From: Octopus vulgaris
Lineage: Eukaryota
Direction: 5' to 3'
Assembly (NCBI GenBank): GCA_951406725.2
Contig: OX597829.1
Coordinates: 47,182,001 to 47,246,000, forward strand
DNA: 64,000 nucleotides
Positions 50,828 to 64,000 of the stretch are shown one piece after another. Numbering within the stretch: the stretch's first letter is position 1; each line of letters begins with the position of its first letter. The notes below the pieces were generated by a model. It had not been told where the DNA came from. It was given only the letters and a program-made list of their open reading frames with translations, and did no database searches. A program made the position numbers and the translations under genes.

Positions 50828-51909
50828 AAGGAGAGGAGAAGGAAGAGGAGAAAGAAGGGGAAGAGGAAGAGGGGAGGGGGGCAGGAGGAGGCAGCGGAGG
50901 GCAGGAGGAGAGGAGGAGGTGGAGGTGATCGAAGGCGTTCCTGCCATGCCCTTTCTTTTTGTCAGACTGTGCATGCAAGAGGTCATTCGCAAAAGGTGTT
51001 AGTTGGGAGTACTTTGAGGAAGATTAGGCAGCCGTTTCTACCAGACCCAGTTCCATTATAGAAGTCCACTTCATTCGTTCATTCATATATATGTTCGTGT
51101 GTGCATGTCTGCGTGTGTGTGTGTGTGTGTGTGTGCGTGCATGTGTGTGTGTGTGTGTGTATGTGTGTGTGTGTGTGTGTGTGCATGTGTGTGTATGCAT
51201 TTATGCGAGTATGTATGCATGTATGTGCGTATGTATGCATGTATGTGCATATGTATGTATGTATGCGTGTATGTATGTATACGTGTTTGTATTTATGTAT
51301 GTGTGTATGTATGTGTGTGTATTTATGTGTGTATGTGTGTATGTATGTATGTGCGTATGAATGTGTGTGTGCTTGTGTGTGTATGTGTATACGTATGAAT
51401 AGGAGTGTGCATATGTAGCGTGTATATGCATGTCTGTGGATACGTATTTCATACGTACGTGAGTGTATGCGTGTATATATGTAGACGTATATACATACAC
51501 ATATATACATACATGTGTATGTTTGTATATCTGTGTGATGTGTGTACGGGTATATACCTGCATATATATTTGTTAGTGCGTACGTACGTGCGTGTATATA
51601 TATACATATACTTTGCTCCGAATATTTCTAATTACCTTTTGGGCATACACTTTTTTTTATACATCAACAATAACATTGTCACTAGTGAAGCCTTCCCTGT
51701 ATATTGCACAAACCGACGGATTGATTGAGTGATTGACTGATTGATTGATTGATTGATTGATAGATTGACTAAAAGATTAAGCAAACAATTTCTTAGTTAA
51801 CTGGTTAAATGATTAAACCAATTGACAAATAATAAAGAGGTAAAATAGAACCAGTGCGTGTGTTTATTATTAGCATAATGACCCTACCTAAATGCAAGAA
51901 AATATCTGT

Positions 51910-52400
51910 GTATGCATGCATGCATGTATGTATGTATGTATGTATGTATGTATGTATGTATGTATGTATGTATGCATGTATGCATGTATGTATGTATGTA
52001 TGTATGTATGTGTGTATGGATGTATGTATGTATGTATTTATGTATGTATGTATGTATGTATGCATGTATGCATGCATGTATGTATGTATGTATGTATGTA
52101 TGTATGTATGTTTGTGTATGTATGTATGTATGTATGTATGTATGTATGTATGTATGTATGTATGTATGTATGTATGTATGTATGTATATATGTATGTATG
52201 CATGTATGCATGCATGTATGCATGCATGTATGTATGTATGTATGTATGTATGTATGTATGTATGTATGTATGTATGTATGTATGTATGTATGTATGTATG
52301 TATGTATGTATGTATGTATGTATGTATGTATGTATGTATGTATGTATGTATGTATGTATGTATGTATGTATGTATGTATGTATGTATGTGTGTATGTATG
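51910..52400. repeat. (TATG)n array
   Basis: Direct reading. Confidence 0.95.
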
Positions 52401-52419
52401 TTCTACGTATGCATGCGTA

Positions 52420-52737
52420 AAGGTGCGTGGTTTAGTGGTTTGCGTATACAGTTTCAAATTGTAAGATTCAGAAGTTCAATTCCTGGTAGCACATTGAGCC
52501 CTTGAGCAAGTCACTTTATTTCACGTTGCTCCATTCCACTCAGCTGGCATAGACGAATAGTATTTCAAAAGGCCACCTGAATCACACTCTGTGTCGTGCT
52601 GAATCTCCCCGAGAACTACGTTAAGGATACACGTGTCTGTGGAGCGCTCAACCACCTGCACGTTAATTCCACGAGCAGGCTGTTCCGTTGATCAGATCAA
52701 CTGGAACACTCATCGTCGAAACCAACGGAGTGCCAAT
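52420..52737 (+). mobile_element. SINE type C variant
   Basis: tRNA-like head plus CCTTGAGCAAGTCACTTTATTTCACGTTGCTCCA. Confidence 0.75.
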
Positions 52738-53015
52738 TTTAAAAATGTGTATTTTCAAATGATTTTTCTTTATATATATGTGTTTGTGTGTGTTGGTGTT
52801 CAAAAAGTGCTATCACCATTCGAATCACTATAGACATTAAAAACACGACTGACTTCTCACTTTTACATCATCATTGAAATTATTATAATTTTTCTTGTTT
52901 TTAATAGATTTATTTGATCCTTTCCTTTCCCTTACATCTATGGCCTGACACCCCTGGCTACAGATACGATTCTTCATTGTAAGATACTCTTTAATATTTC
53001 GTAGTGCAGTAACAC

Positions 53016-53230
53016 GGTGAGCTGGCACAATCGTTAGCATTCTGTGCGAAATACTTGACCATATTTCATCTGTCTTCATGTTCTGAGTTCAAATTCCGCC
53101 GACGATGACTTTGCTTTTCATCTTTTTGGGATCGATAAAGTAAGTGCCAGTTGACTACAAGGGTCAATGCAATCGACTTACCCACCTCCTCGAAATTGCT
53201 GGCCTTGTGCCGCAATTCGAAACCAATATT
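53016..53230 (+). mobile_element. Diverged SINE type A variant
   Basis: Homology to type A; tail matches 34265-34420 and 44340-44380. Confidence 0.75.
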
Positions 53231-53294
53231 TTACAGTGAAATGGGTGTTAGTGACTACTCCACAGATATGGTATAAAAGGATTTGTATAATAAA

Positions 53295-53800
53295 CTAGCA
53301 GTATCGCCCGGCGTTGCTCGGGTTTGTAAGGGAAATAACTATATAAGCATTTTTAGAGAGTTACTTCCCTTATAAATTCGGGCTTTCTTAGCCATTTTTG
53401 TTTTGGTGTCTTCAAGCCATGAAGTCGTTGTTCTAAAAGAACGCTGGTTTCCTTCACAACGCATTACGACGTTGATTTCTTTACACTCCCTTCCCCACAA
53501 CTTCACGAGGGAGGGAAGGGGGAGAAGCAAACAGGTGCAGCTGTGAGCGTGGACGCCAACTCCGCCGCCATCGACACACGATGCATTTTATGCATTAAAA
53601 TGGAATAAAAAATGATGTTAAATTATTTTTAAAATCGTAGACTCATTGTAGACGCGCACTAATAACCAGACGGACTCGATATGAATCACGACTATAAGAT
53701 ACCCGAATTTGGTTAAACTGCACCGCAAAATGTGGGAGGAGTTAGGAATCTAAATCGAAGGGGACAGACACTCACACAACTAGAGTTTTATATATATAGA
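53295..53800 (-). mobile_element. Non-autonomous Helitron
   Basis: TC..hairpin-CTAG termini; A^T target. Confidence 0.92.
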
Positions 53801-54424
53801 TATATTGTTATTACAAGGCGACAGTATTATTTAATAGTAATGCTTCTGTTGTTATTTTGTTCACAGTAGTTTTAAACACATTCTTTTATTCTTTTATTCT
53901 TTCACTTGTTTCACTCATTTGACTTCAGCCATGCTGGAGCACCGCCTTTCACTTGTAAACAGAAGAAAAATAGTTCTTTTCTTCCATCCCACCTATTTTT
54001 TTCTTTCACTAACAAAGAAAGATAAAAGGCGATCAATACTTTATTTTTATTTTCCACTAACGGGCTTTTCTGATCTATTATTGTTCGGTTTTAATTATTA
54101 CCAGAAGTTTCTTGATCCATTGTGCGATATCAATAACACAAGAAAAATGTATTATGACAGGAAAATTGTTTCCATCATACGTATTAGTTTCTCAGATTTC
54201 AGTACTCGATTCTCAGCGAAGCTTTAATTTGCCCCTTGTGTTAGATATTCATTATTTTGTACTGTATAATTGTATAATCTAGTTTTTCTTTTTCTTTCTT
54301 TTGTTTTTTTAAAACTTTTTGTCGTTAGGGAGGCGAAGTGTGTCGCGTCGGTGACACACTTATTTGACCAAAAGCTGGAAAGCTTCCAATATAATAATGG
54401 TATTGCACAACCAATGTTCGCTTG

Positions 54425-54661
54425 AGGCGGCGAGCTGGCAGAAACGTTAGCACGCCGGGCGAAATGCGTAGCCGTATTTCGTCTGCCGTTACGTTCTGAG
54501 TTCAAATTCCGCCGAGGTCGACTTTGCCTTTCATCCTTTCGGGGTCGATAAATTAAGTACAAGTTACGCACTGGGGTCGATGTAATCGACTTAATCCGTT
54601 TGTCTGTCCTTGTTTGTCCCCTCTGTGTTTAGCCCCTTGTGGGTAGTAAAGAAATAGGTAT
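54425..54661 (+). mobile_element. SINE type A, full length
   Basis: GGCGGCGAGCTGGCAGAA head, GAGTTCAAATTCC B box, AAAGAAATAGGTAT end. Confidence 0.93.
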
Positions 54662-55974
54662 AAGAAAGGCTAAGTTTTCCATCTTTGCAAGCGTGAAAAA
54701 TGTTATTTTTCCAATAAAGGAAAAAAACAGTTCAATTCCTTCTTTCATTCTTTCCTTCCTTCTTTCTTTCTTTATTTCTTTATTTGTTTATTTATCTATT
54801 TATTTACTTATCTATTTCATGAAAAACATTTGTCGCCAGCTTTCCATTTGTTCTACTATTCTGTATTTACTATTCTGCTCTTTTGAATCTACTCTAAAAT
54901 TTCCTACAGAAAACCCCCTAGTGCTTGTTACCGATCGTTCCCGTCAACCTTCGATTAATTCTTTCCCTAATGCAGTCGTCAAAGCCGTTTAAACTCCAGT
55001 AACCAAATCTCTCTCAAGAATTTATTGTCTGTGTAACCGATCAGCCTAATTTAATAGCACTCAATGCTAGCCCTTTCTAATGACTTAAAGAATAATGTTC
55101 CTTTTTTTTCTAGCGCCACACAAGCTCATTCGAGAAATCCAATACTTGTCATACAGTTTGAATTGTCTGATCAAGTTAGAGAGAAATTTATATCTACTTC
55201 CTTTAACAACTTGCATACAATCCCAGCGTGCCACCAAGATGATGCTCCAATCTTCTGCTAGCATTATTGAACAGAGCATTCTAAAGAATGCATCAGCGAT
55301 TGAAGGAACCTGGGCAACCTAAGGCAGCTATACTCAAATAATTGCCAGCTTAATTCACCGTCTCCGTGGCTGGTCACCTAAAAGACCACCGACTTATCAT
55401 GTAGGTCCATGAAGATCGCCTATACTCCGAGATCCAGACCATTACAAACACTGGCTCGAGCACGAAATTTGCTTAGAGGGCGCAAGACCAGGTCCAAAAT
55501 TCTTTTTACAAACCAGGTTTTATTGCTTTTTGTTTCTATTCTTTGTTCTTTGAAAAGAACCCTAACTTTGTGCTACTTTTTACAGATCACATTTACAGTT
55601 TTCTAAATCTGAGAAAAGAATGTAAGGGTGAAAATTTTGATTTTGCACCACCCAACACAAAAACAAAAAAAAGATGGGTCGGTGCGCTGCACTCTTCGCA
55701 ACTCTTGTTCCTGGGCCTATGATTACAAAATATCATTGTCTCTCTTCTAGATTTGAGCCAGCAAAAAAAAAATGAGTATAAAAATAAGAAATTCTTGTTC
55801 CACTGAACATATTAAATATTTGAAATCATGAAGCAAAAGACCGTTCTTCAATTCCGCTTCCATGACATTCACATTTAATCATCCGACTCTCAATAATCAC
55901 ATAACGCTGAGTACCTGTAAAAAGGTCAACAATCTATTATTCACAGAGTAATCCATCTCTTCGAGGACTTCACA

Positions 55975-56125
55975 TATATCACAGCAACATCAGGTTACCT
56001 GACGAGATACATCCGCACCGAAACATGTCGAGTATCTCACCCGCGAGGAACCGATGCAAAATAGGTCGAAACGGTCGTTGTGATTAATAAAGAATATTGT
56101 AAATCCCATTTTCTCTTTCATTATA
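55975..56125 (+). mobile_element. Penelope-like terminus with complex HHR-like remnants
   Basis: CTGACGA at 55999, GAAACATGTC, GAAACGGTC, AATAAA and a CTTTCAT end as in family A. Confidence 0.5.
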
Positions 56126-56152
56126 TACACATGTGTGTATTTATGTATGCTA

Positions 56153-57103
56153 GTATGTATGTATGTATGTATGTATGTATGTATGTATGTATGTATGTAT
56201 GTATGTATGTATGTATGTATGCATGTATGTGTGTATGTATGTATGTATGTATGTATGTATGTATGTATGTATGTATGTATGTATGTATGTATGTATGTAT
56301 GTATGTATGTATGTATGTATGTATGTATGTATGTATGTATGTATGTATGTATGTATGTATGTATGTATGTATGTATGTATGTGTGTATGTATGTATGTAT
56401 GTATGTATGTATGTATGTATGTGTGTATGTATGTATGTATGTATGTATGTATGTATGTGTGTATGTATGTATGTATGTATGTATGTATGTATGTATGTAT
56501 GTATGTATGTATGTATGTATGTATGTATGTATGTATGTATGCGTGTATGTATGTATGTATGTGTGTATGTGTGTATGTATGTATGTATGTGTGTATGTAT
56601 GTATGTATGTGTATGTATGTATGTATGTATGTATGTATGTATGTATGTATGTATGTATGTATGTATGTATGTATGTATGTATGTATGTATGTATGTATGT
56701 ATGTATGTATGTATGTATGTATGTATGTATGTATGTATGTATGTATGTATGTATGTATGTATGTATGTATGTATGTATGTATGTATGTATGTATGTATGT
56801 ATGTATGTATGTATGTATGTATGTATGTATGTATGTATGTATGTATGTATGTATGTATGTATGTATGTATGTATGTATGTATGTATGTATGTATGTATGT
56901 ATGTATGTATGTATGTATGTATGTGTATGTATGTATGTATGTATGTATGTATGTATGTATGTATGTATGTATGTGTATGTATGTATGTATGTATGTATGT
57001 ATGTATGTATGTATGTATGTATGTATGTATGTATGTATGTATGTATGTATGTATGTATGTATGTATGTGTGTATGTATGTATGTATGTATGTATGTATGT
57101 ATG

Positions 57104-57137
<34 letters not shown>

Positions 57138-57163
57138 TGTATATATGTATGTATGTATGTATG

Positions 57164-57197
<34 letters not shown>

Positions 57198-57395
57198 TGT
57201 ATGTATGTATGTATGTATGTATGTATGTATGTATGTATGTATGTATGTATGTATGTATGTATGTATGTATGTATGTATGTATGTATGTATGTATGTATGT
57301 ATGTATGTATGTATGTATGTATGTATGTATGTATGTATGTATGTATGTATGTATGTATGTATGTATGTATGTATGTATGTATGTATGTATGTATG

Positions 57396-57431
<36 letters not shown>

Positions 57432-57607
57432 TGTATGTATGTATGTATGTATGTATGTATGTATGTATGTATGTATGTATGTATGTATGTATGTATGTAT
57501 GTATGTATGTATGTATGTATGTATGTATGTATGTATGTATGTATGTATGTATGTATGTATGTATGTATGTATGTATGTATGTATGTATGTATGTATGTAT
57601 GTATGTA
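56153..57607. repeat. (TATG)n array, about 1.45 kb
   Basis: Direct reading. Confidence 0.97.
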
Positions 57608-57647
57608 TTTATGAATATATGTACATATCTATCTATCTATCTATCTA

Positions 57648-57804
57648 CTTTATTTAAAGCAGCAGAAATCCAACAAAACCTGTTAGTCTGAGTTTCCCGT
57701 TGCCGTTCATCGGACAGTTTTTGCTAGAAAAAACTGTCCGATGAACGGCAACGGGAAACTCAGAGTAACAAGTTTTGTTGAATTTTCTGCTGCTTTAAAT
57801 AAAG
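57648..57804. mobile_element. Near-perfect palindrome of two head-to-head family C Penelope-like termini, each with an HHR motif
   Basis: About 75-bp arms around GCTAG; CTGT-CCGATGA-ACG-GCAA-CGG-GAAA-CTCAGAG-TA^ACA. Confidence 0.85.
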
Positions 57805-57891
57805 CATGTTACTCTACCACTGGTATTTGAGTACTCTTTTTTCCACCTTGTTTCACATTTATGTGTTTACTCCGGTGTATCTATCTACCTT

Positions 57892-57947
<56 letters not shown>

Positions 57948-57952
<5 letters not shown>

Positions 57953-58178
57953 CTTTGCTGCCCACAAGGGGCTAAACATAGAGGGAACAAATAAGGACAG
58001 ACAAAGAGATTAAGTCGATTACATTGACCCCAGTGCATAACTAGTACTTATTTAATTGACTCCGAAAGGATGAAAGGCAAAGTCGACCTCGGCGGAATTT
58101 GAACTCAGAACGTAACGACAGACGAAATACCGCTAAGCATTTCGCCCAACGCGCTAACGTTTCTGCCAGCTCGCCGCC
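57948..58178 (-). mobile_element. SINE type A
   Basis: Homology to other type A copies. Confidence 0.9.
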
Positions 58179-58207
58179 ATTTTTTTTTATATATATATAT
58201 AATGTAG

Positions 58208-58288
<81 letters not shown>

Positions 58289-58859
58289 CTGTTTCGCAAA
58301 TGTATGTAGATAACTGGCGGACATCTTGCCAGAATTTTTCTTTTTTAGCTGATCTTTTAAAGAATTGACGAATATCATACGCACTTGGCTGCATTTGTTT
58401 CTTTGTTGAGAGGGAGACGGAGAAATGGGGGAGAAAGGGGGCGAGGTAAAAAGGAGGAGACCTTACGAGATACAAGGAGTAAATAATGACAGCCAGGTAA
58501 AGTTAACAAAAGACTTTGCTTTTGAAAAGCTTGCTATAAATGCAATGTCAAAAGCAGGGAATAGAGAAAAGGATAGAAGATTCGATTCTAGAAGTTCATA
58601 AAGTAAAGAAATATTTACAATGAAATGACTATTAATAGGTTAGAGTCGATAAAAGCAGTAAATATAAATGTTTAGGGAATTGTAGCTTAAGAAAACTAAT
58701 GTAACAATAGAATTATATATATATATATATATTATATATAATATATATATTACCAGGTGGTGCTATTAAGTTAGACATGGCCTGGGCCAATAATGGCCGA
58801 AACCTATCAAAGTATCAAAGTATCAAAGTATATATATATTTATGTCAGCAAATGTATAT

Positions 58860-59078
58860 ACTCTTTTACTCTTTTACACTCGTTTCAGTCATTTGAATGT
58901 GGCCATGTTGGAGCACCGCCTTTAGTCGAGCAAATCTACCCCCCAGGACTTATTCTTTGTAAGCCTAGTACTTATTCTATCGGTGTCTCTTTGCCGAACC
59001 GCTAAGTTACGGGGACGTAAACACACCAACATCAAGCGATGTTGGGTGGGGGACAAACACAGACACACACAAACATAC

Positions 59079-59165
<87 letters not shown>

Positions 59166-59335
59166 TATATACGACGGGTTCCTTTCAGTTTCCGTCTGCC
59201 AAATCCACTCACAAGGCTTTGATCGGCCCATGACTGTAGGAGAAGTTTTTTGCCCAAGGTGCCATGCAATGGGACTGAACATGGAAACATGTGGTTGGAA
59301 AGCAAGCCACTTACCACGCAGCCACGCCTGCGCCT
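58860..59335 (-). mobile_element. SINE type B, full length
   Basis: Homology to 14399-14825. Confidence 0.92.
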
Positions 59336-59420
59336 GTATATATAATATATATATTCTTATAATCTTATTGTTGCTGCTACCCTTGACGTCATTATCGTTG
59401 TTGTTGTTATTGTTGTTATT

Positions 59421-59456
<36 letters not shown>

Positions 59457-59990
59457 GACGCTGCTTTTGTTCAGTTATGAACCTTTCTAGGGGACTTCCC
59501 TTGGGAATTTTATATTCAGCTTCGTTAGTAAACTTTTGAGATCCTTTTATTTATTTATTTATTTTTGTTCTTTGTTCTTGTTTTGAGAAGAAAACCAGCT
59601 TCAAGCAACTTTTTACTGATCGATTTTTTTAGACACTATTTTCTAAACCTGAGAAAATAAATAGTCGGGCATTGCCAACCAGTACACCCTTTTGGCTCCT
59701 CCATAATCACTCCAATTTTTTTACAACAAACCCCCCCCCAGATTTTGCCATCGTCCCCAGTGGTGGAACCATACTACCCACTTTAGTAACCACGAGTGTA
59801 GGTCAAGGACTACATACAATATTCGATATATCCACCTGACTAATCCATCAGAAAAATTCACTAATAATTATATAATTTATACGTTAATGATTTTTTCTTT
59901 TTTTTTTTTTTTTGCAAGATTCCTATTGTGAAATCGTGTGCTGAAACAGATTTTGGTACACTTGGAATGGTCATTAAATTATTATTATTA

Positions 59991-60093
<103 letters not shown>

Positions 60094-60146
60094 TATTACT
60101 ATTATTATTATTATTGTTGTTGTTGTTATCATTATTATTATTATTT

Positions 60147-60434
60147 TTGCCAAATAAACACACGCATTATGTATTTGTTCTGCACTTTATTTTCCATTAC
60201 TGTTCTTAATTAAGTGACCTTTGTCTGAAATATTTCGTCGCACATCATGTGACCGTTTCAGCTACTCTCTGTCCCATCTGTCTCCTGTTTCGTTTGATAC
60301 TCGTAGGATGGAGAGTCGCTGAAGAGGTAACAGGGGTGTGATGTGTGACGGAAGACTTCAGACAAAGGACACTTAATTATGAACAATAATAAAATCGAAG
60401 TGTAGAACGAATATATAGAATGTGTTTATTTGGC
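60147..60434. mobile_element. Degenerate ~290-bp foldback with HHR-like cores near the apex
   Basis: Arms 60147-60275 and 60305-60434; combined reading CTGAAGA-G-GTCACA..TGTGAC-GAAATATTTC^AGAC. Confidence 0.7.
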
Positions 60435-60869
60435 AGGAAAAAAAAGCAAAGAAAAGAAAATGACCGTCTCGAAATATCACAATATGATTAATAATTTTTG
60501 GTGATAAATATTGTTTATGTGGCCACCACTCAAGGAAAAGAATTCTCATTAAGTAAGAGGAGTGGCATGTATAACTGTTTACGGTGTTGTGTAATGAACA
60601 ATGAAAAGCACATTGCTAAGCTTTGTGATTATAAAGTGCTTTGCTTTGTAATGTCTAAGTAATGTTCTTAATGAAAGATAATGAGGTTCCCTTTATCACC
60701 ATGGTGTGAGTTTATCTTTTTTATATGCATTTGTCATAGGGGTGGCTTTGTGGTAAGACGTTTGCTACCCAACCACATGGTTCCGGGTTCAGTACATTGG
60801 ATGGCGCCTCTTGTACTGTAGTGTCGGGCCGACTAAAGACTTGTGAGTGGATATAAGAAATCATCATCA

Positions 60870-61290
60870 TCATTATTATTATTATTATTATTTTTTACTT
60901 TTAACCTGCATATTTGTTACAATCATTTGCCGAAACACGCCCAGGCTCCTGGGGCGATTGAAGCATAAGAGATGTTACAGCTTGACTGAAAGCTTGAGGA
61001 GGGGAAACGGCAGGGGAGGTAGCGAAATATCTTTATGCTATACCGCAGACATTTAAATGGAATGGGTTTCTTTAAAGATGTGGGCAATACTTGTCATCAC
61101 AGTCTTTTGGATTTCTCTGAGACATGGTTCTCCTGGGATATTATCTAGATGTTTCTGGCATCCCTTTTTTTATCATACCTAGGGCACCTACAATAACAAG
61201 AACAGTTCTCGCTTTAAAATACTACATCTTTTGTATTTCAATTTCCAGGTCCTTATATTTACTTAATTTGTCAAATTCCTTTACTGATAC
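60870..61290 (-). mobile_element. R4/Dong-like LINE 3' end with 3'UTR and (TAA)n tail
   Basis: KEFDKLSKYKDLEIEIQKM, VIVGALGMIKK. Confidence 0.85.
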
Positions 61291-61459
61291 ATTTTTTATC
61301 AGTAGGAACACTTCATCGACTAATCTATTAATATTTTTTTCCTTCTTTCTTCAAATTTTCTTTCGTTTCTCACCGAGTGTTTTCCGTACACCTAGGGCAG
61401 AGACGCTCATTGTATGTATTCCCAGATTACACATGTAAATTCACAGGTAAAATATGTAT

Positions 61460-62252
61460 TTAAAAAATTAATAAATAAATAAATTCATGGATGGATGTTG
61501 TTTTCACAGCGATAATGTTCTTCTCAGTGCATGAGTCATTCCAGTTAACACGATCTTTTGCACTTCCTGTAGAGATGGTAAGCCTGGTATCATTTTCAAA
61601 TAGGAATCAGTACCTTCTTTTATCATTCCTAGAGATCCTGCAATCACTGGTACTGTAGTCGCTTTGAGATACCACATTTTTTCAATTTCTATTAGCAAGT
61701 CTTTATATTTACTGATCTTGTCAAATTCTTTCGCCGCTTTATTGTGATCGCAGGGAATACTCATGTCAATTAATAAACACACCTTTTTTGTCTGATCTTT
61801 TATAATAATATCCGGTTTATTAGCTTTTATAGTTTTGTCAGTATGTATGGGGAAATCCCAGAGAATCAACACATTTTCTCCCTCAGTCATAGCTTCAGGA
61901 TGGTGTTTATACCATTTATCAGCGGTTTTGATTTTATAATGCCGACATGTCCAGTGTAAATACTGGCCGACTCTGTCATGTCTTACTTTATATTCTACAG
62001 GTGCTAAGACTCTACACTCTGTGATTAGGTGGTCTATAGTTTCAATCTCATCGTTACAGAATCGGCATTTTGGGTCAGCTCCATTTTTTATCGCATTGGC
62101 TTGGTAGTTCTGGGTTAATAAGCTTTGGTCTTGAGCAGCTAATATGAAACCTTCACTCTCTGCTTTTAGCCCTGAGCTTCGTAACCATTGGTGCGTGTGT
62201 TTCTGGTCGACATCAGCTTGTTTGCTACGGGCCACATACTTGCCATGCAGAG

Positions 62253-62254
<2 letters not shown>
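61460..62254 (-). mobile_element. R4/Dong-like LINE, 5'-truncated; zinc-knuckle plus RLE domain open to the stop at 61504
   Basis: AAQDQSL, CRFCNDEIETIDHLITEC, RHD, KPDIII..LIDMSIP, KISKY; 5' junction lies in (TAA)n. Confidence 0.93.
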
Positions 62255-62329
<75 letters not shown>

Positions 62330-62336
62330 ATTATTG

Positions 62337-62406
<70 letters not shown>

Positions 62407-62689
62407 CATCATCATCATCATCGTCGTCGTCGTCATCGTTGTTGTCGTTGTTTAAATCAGTTTGATTCGGTTCCCTGAGACGTATAGTTTCGCAGGCTTC
62501 TAACAGAAAACAGGTTCGTTCAGGCTTAGATTATCGAATGAAGAAACACAGAAATCCAAGATGGCTACTGGAAATCCAAGACACACGCACACATGCGCGT
62601 GTACACACACATATATTCACACACACATATATATACATATATATATATATACACATACATGTGCATGTGCACGCTCGCACATGTGTGTG

Positions 62690-62900
62690 TGTGTGTGTGT
62701 GTTTATCTTTGTTTTGAGTTTGTTCTCCTCACCGCTTGACAGCCGATGATAGTTTGCTTATGTCCCCGTCACTTAGCAGTTCGGCATAAAAAAAACACCG
62801 ATAGAATAAGTACCAGGCTTTAAAAAGTATAAGTACTAGACGAGGTCGATTCTTTCGACTAAAATTCTTCAAGGCTGTTCCCCATCATGGCCGCAGTCTA
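62690..62900 (+). mobile_element. SINE type B 3' half (a 5' half lies at 60738-60855)
   Basis: Homology to type B copies. Confidence 0.7.
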
Positions 62901-63454
62901 TCATGGCTGCGACTATCCTCACTCCTTTGATATATTCTCCCCTTGAGAATATAAATTATCCAGTAATTAATATACTGGAAATTCATTTGTGTAGGACAAC
63001 AGTAAATGACAAAGGATTATGAAGTCATAGTTTGTTCGATGGTTCGTTGGTTCGCTCGTGGTGGTGGTGGTGGTGGTGGTGGTGGCGGCGGCGGCGGCGG
63101 TGGCGGTGGCGGCGGTGGCGGCGGCGGCGTTGGTGGCGGCGTTTGTAGTGGTGCCGTTCAACTCAAGGTCAATCCTAATTCATCAGACTTAGGAAAACAA
63201 TTACGCTCTTTGACAATTACGTTTATCTATTTATTTATCTATTTATTTATTTTTATTTTGTTTCCTAGAAGTATCCAGAATTTCATTATAAATCATTGGT
63301 TTCATACTTGGTATTAGTAACTATTTTTTCCAGTATCTATAATGTTATTTCATTTTTTCACGACCTGTTTTCTGATTATAACTTGAACGAAATTGACGAC
63401 ACAATGCGATAATCATATGATGTTACAATAATATATTATAAAGCATGTCTATTT

Positions 63455-63683
63455 TTTTACTACATACAAGGGTCTAAAAACAGAGAGGATAAACAAGGAC
63501 AGAGAAACTGATTAAGTCGATTATATCGACCCCCAGTGCGTAACTGGTCCTTATTTAATCGACCCCGAAAAGATTAAAGGCAAACTTGACCTCGACGGAA
63601 TTTGAACTCAGAACGTAGCGGCAGACGAAATACCTCTAAGCATTTCGCCCGGCGTGCTAACGATTCTGCCAAGCTCGCCGCCC
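63455..63683 (-). mobile_element. SINE type A
   Basis: Homology to other type A copies. Confidence 0.9.
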
Positions 63684-64000
63684 TATTATATAGTATATCT
63701 GTAGATTTCAAAGTCAATACTGCGCAATACGATGAATGTAAATAGTTCACCTTAACAGGATGCTCGTAGATAGGAAAACGAAGGAACAGCTTGTGCACAT
63801 TTTCATTATTGTTGCAATCGTCATCAGAATCCCCTAATATTGGTGTGTTTCTAAGCAGAATCTTTGTTGATACTTAAGGAGAGAACACAGTTGCTGATGA
63901 TGATGTTTGTTTGTTTGTTTGTTGAGCGAAGCGGTTTTCGTCCCAGAGTGGGAGAAGTCCGATACGTGGTCCTTTGCTATTCGTAAGACTCGCAGAAGAG

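Noticed and set aside
56080-57691. ORFs of 480-525 aa, and all other MYVC/YI/poly-H/poly-S ORFs
   Set aside because: Translations of stop-free microsatellites, open in several frames, with no coding evidence.
62475-62530. GAAACTATACGTC half-hammerhead on the minus strand
   Set aside because: The core box overlaps the only possible stem I, and stem II is unconvincing.
63790-63830. HHR-like CTGATGA..GAAA-TGTGCACA on the minus strand
   Set aside because: No NUH triplet, no stem I and no second copy.

Overview
AT-rich, repeat-saturated animal genomic DNA. The SINE types and the long (TA)n, (TATG)n and trinucleotide arrays suggest a coleoid cephalopod such as octopus; this is inference and was not checked by search. 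Nearly all ORFs in the supplied track are microsatellite artefacts. The real coding sequence is transposon-derived: one almost intact RTE-clade LINE (24188-28088), many R4/Dong-like (restriction-like endonuclease, RLE) LINE fragments beside (TAA)n, and degraded L1/Tx1-like and mariner pieces. There is one candidate host terminal exon (3564-3671, minus strand). The window also has three tRNA-derived SINE types, five non-autonomous Helitrons, MITEs and a ~540-bp (ATT)n-associated element. The most notable signal is non-coding. About 15 hammerhead-ribozyme (HHR)-like motifs from at least six sequence families sit in Penelope-like element (PLE) termini. They include a type I HHR with a ~54-nt stem II supported by two divergent copies, and recurrent core variants (U4C, A6U, an extra base after A9). 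Three head-to-head palindromes carry HHR cores next to their apex. The window is also rich in other inverted duplications. All structures were read by eye; none was computed or tested.
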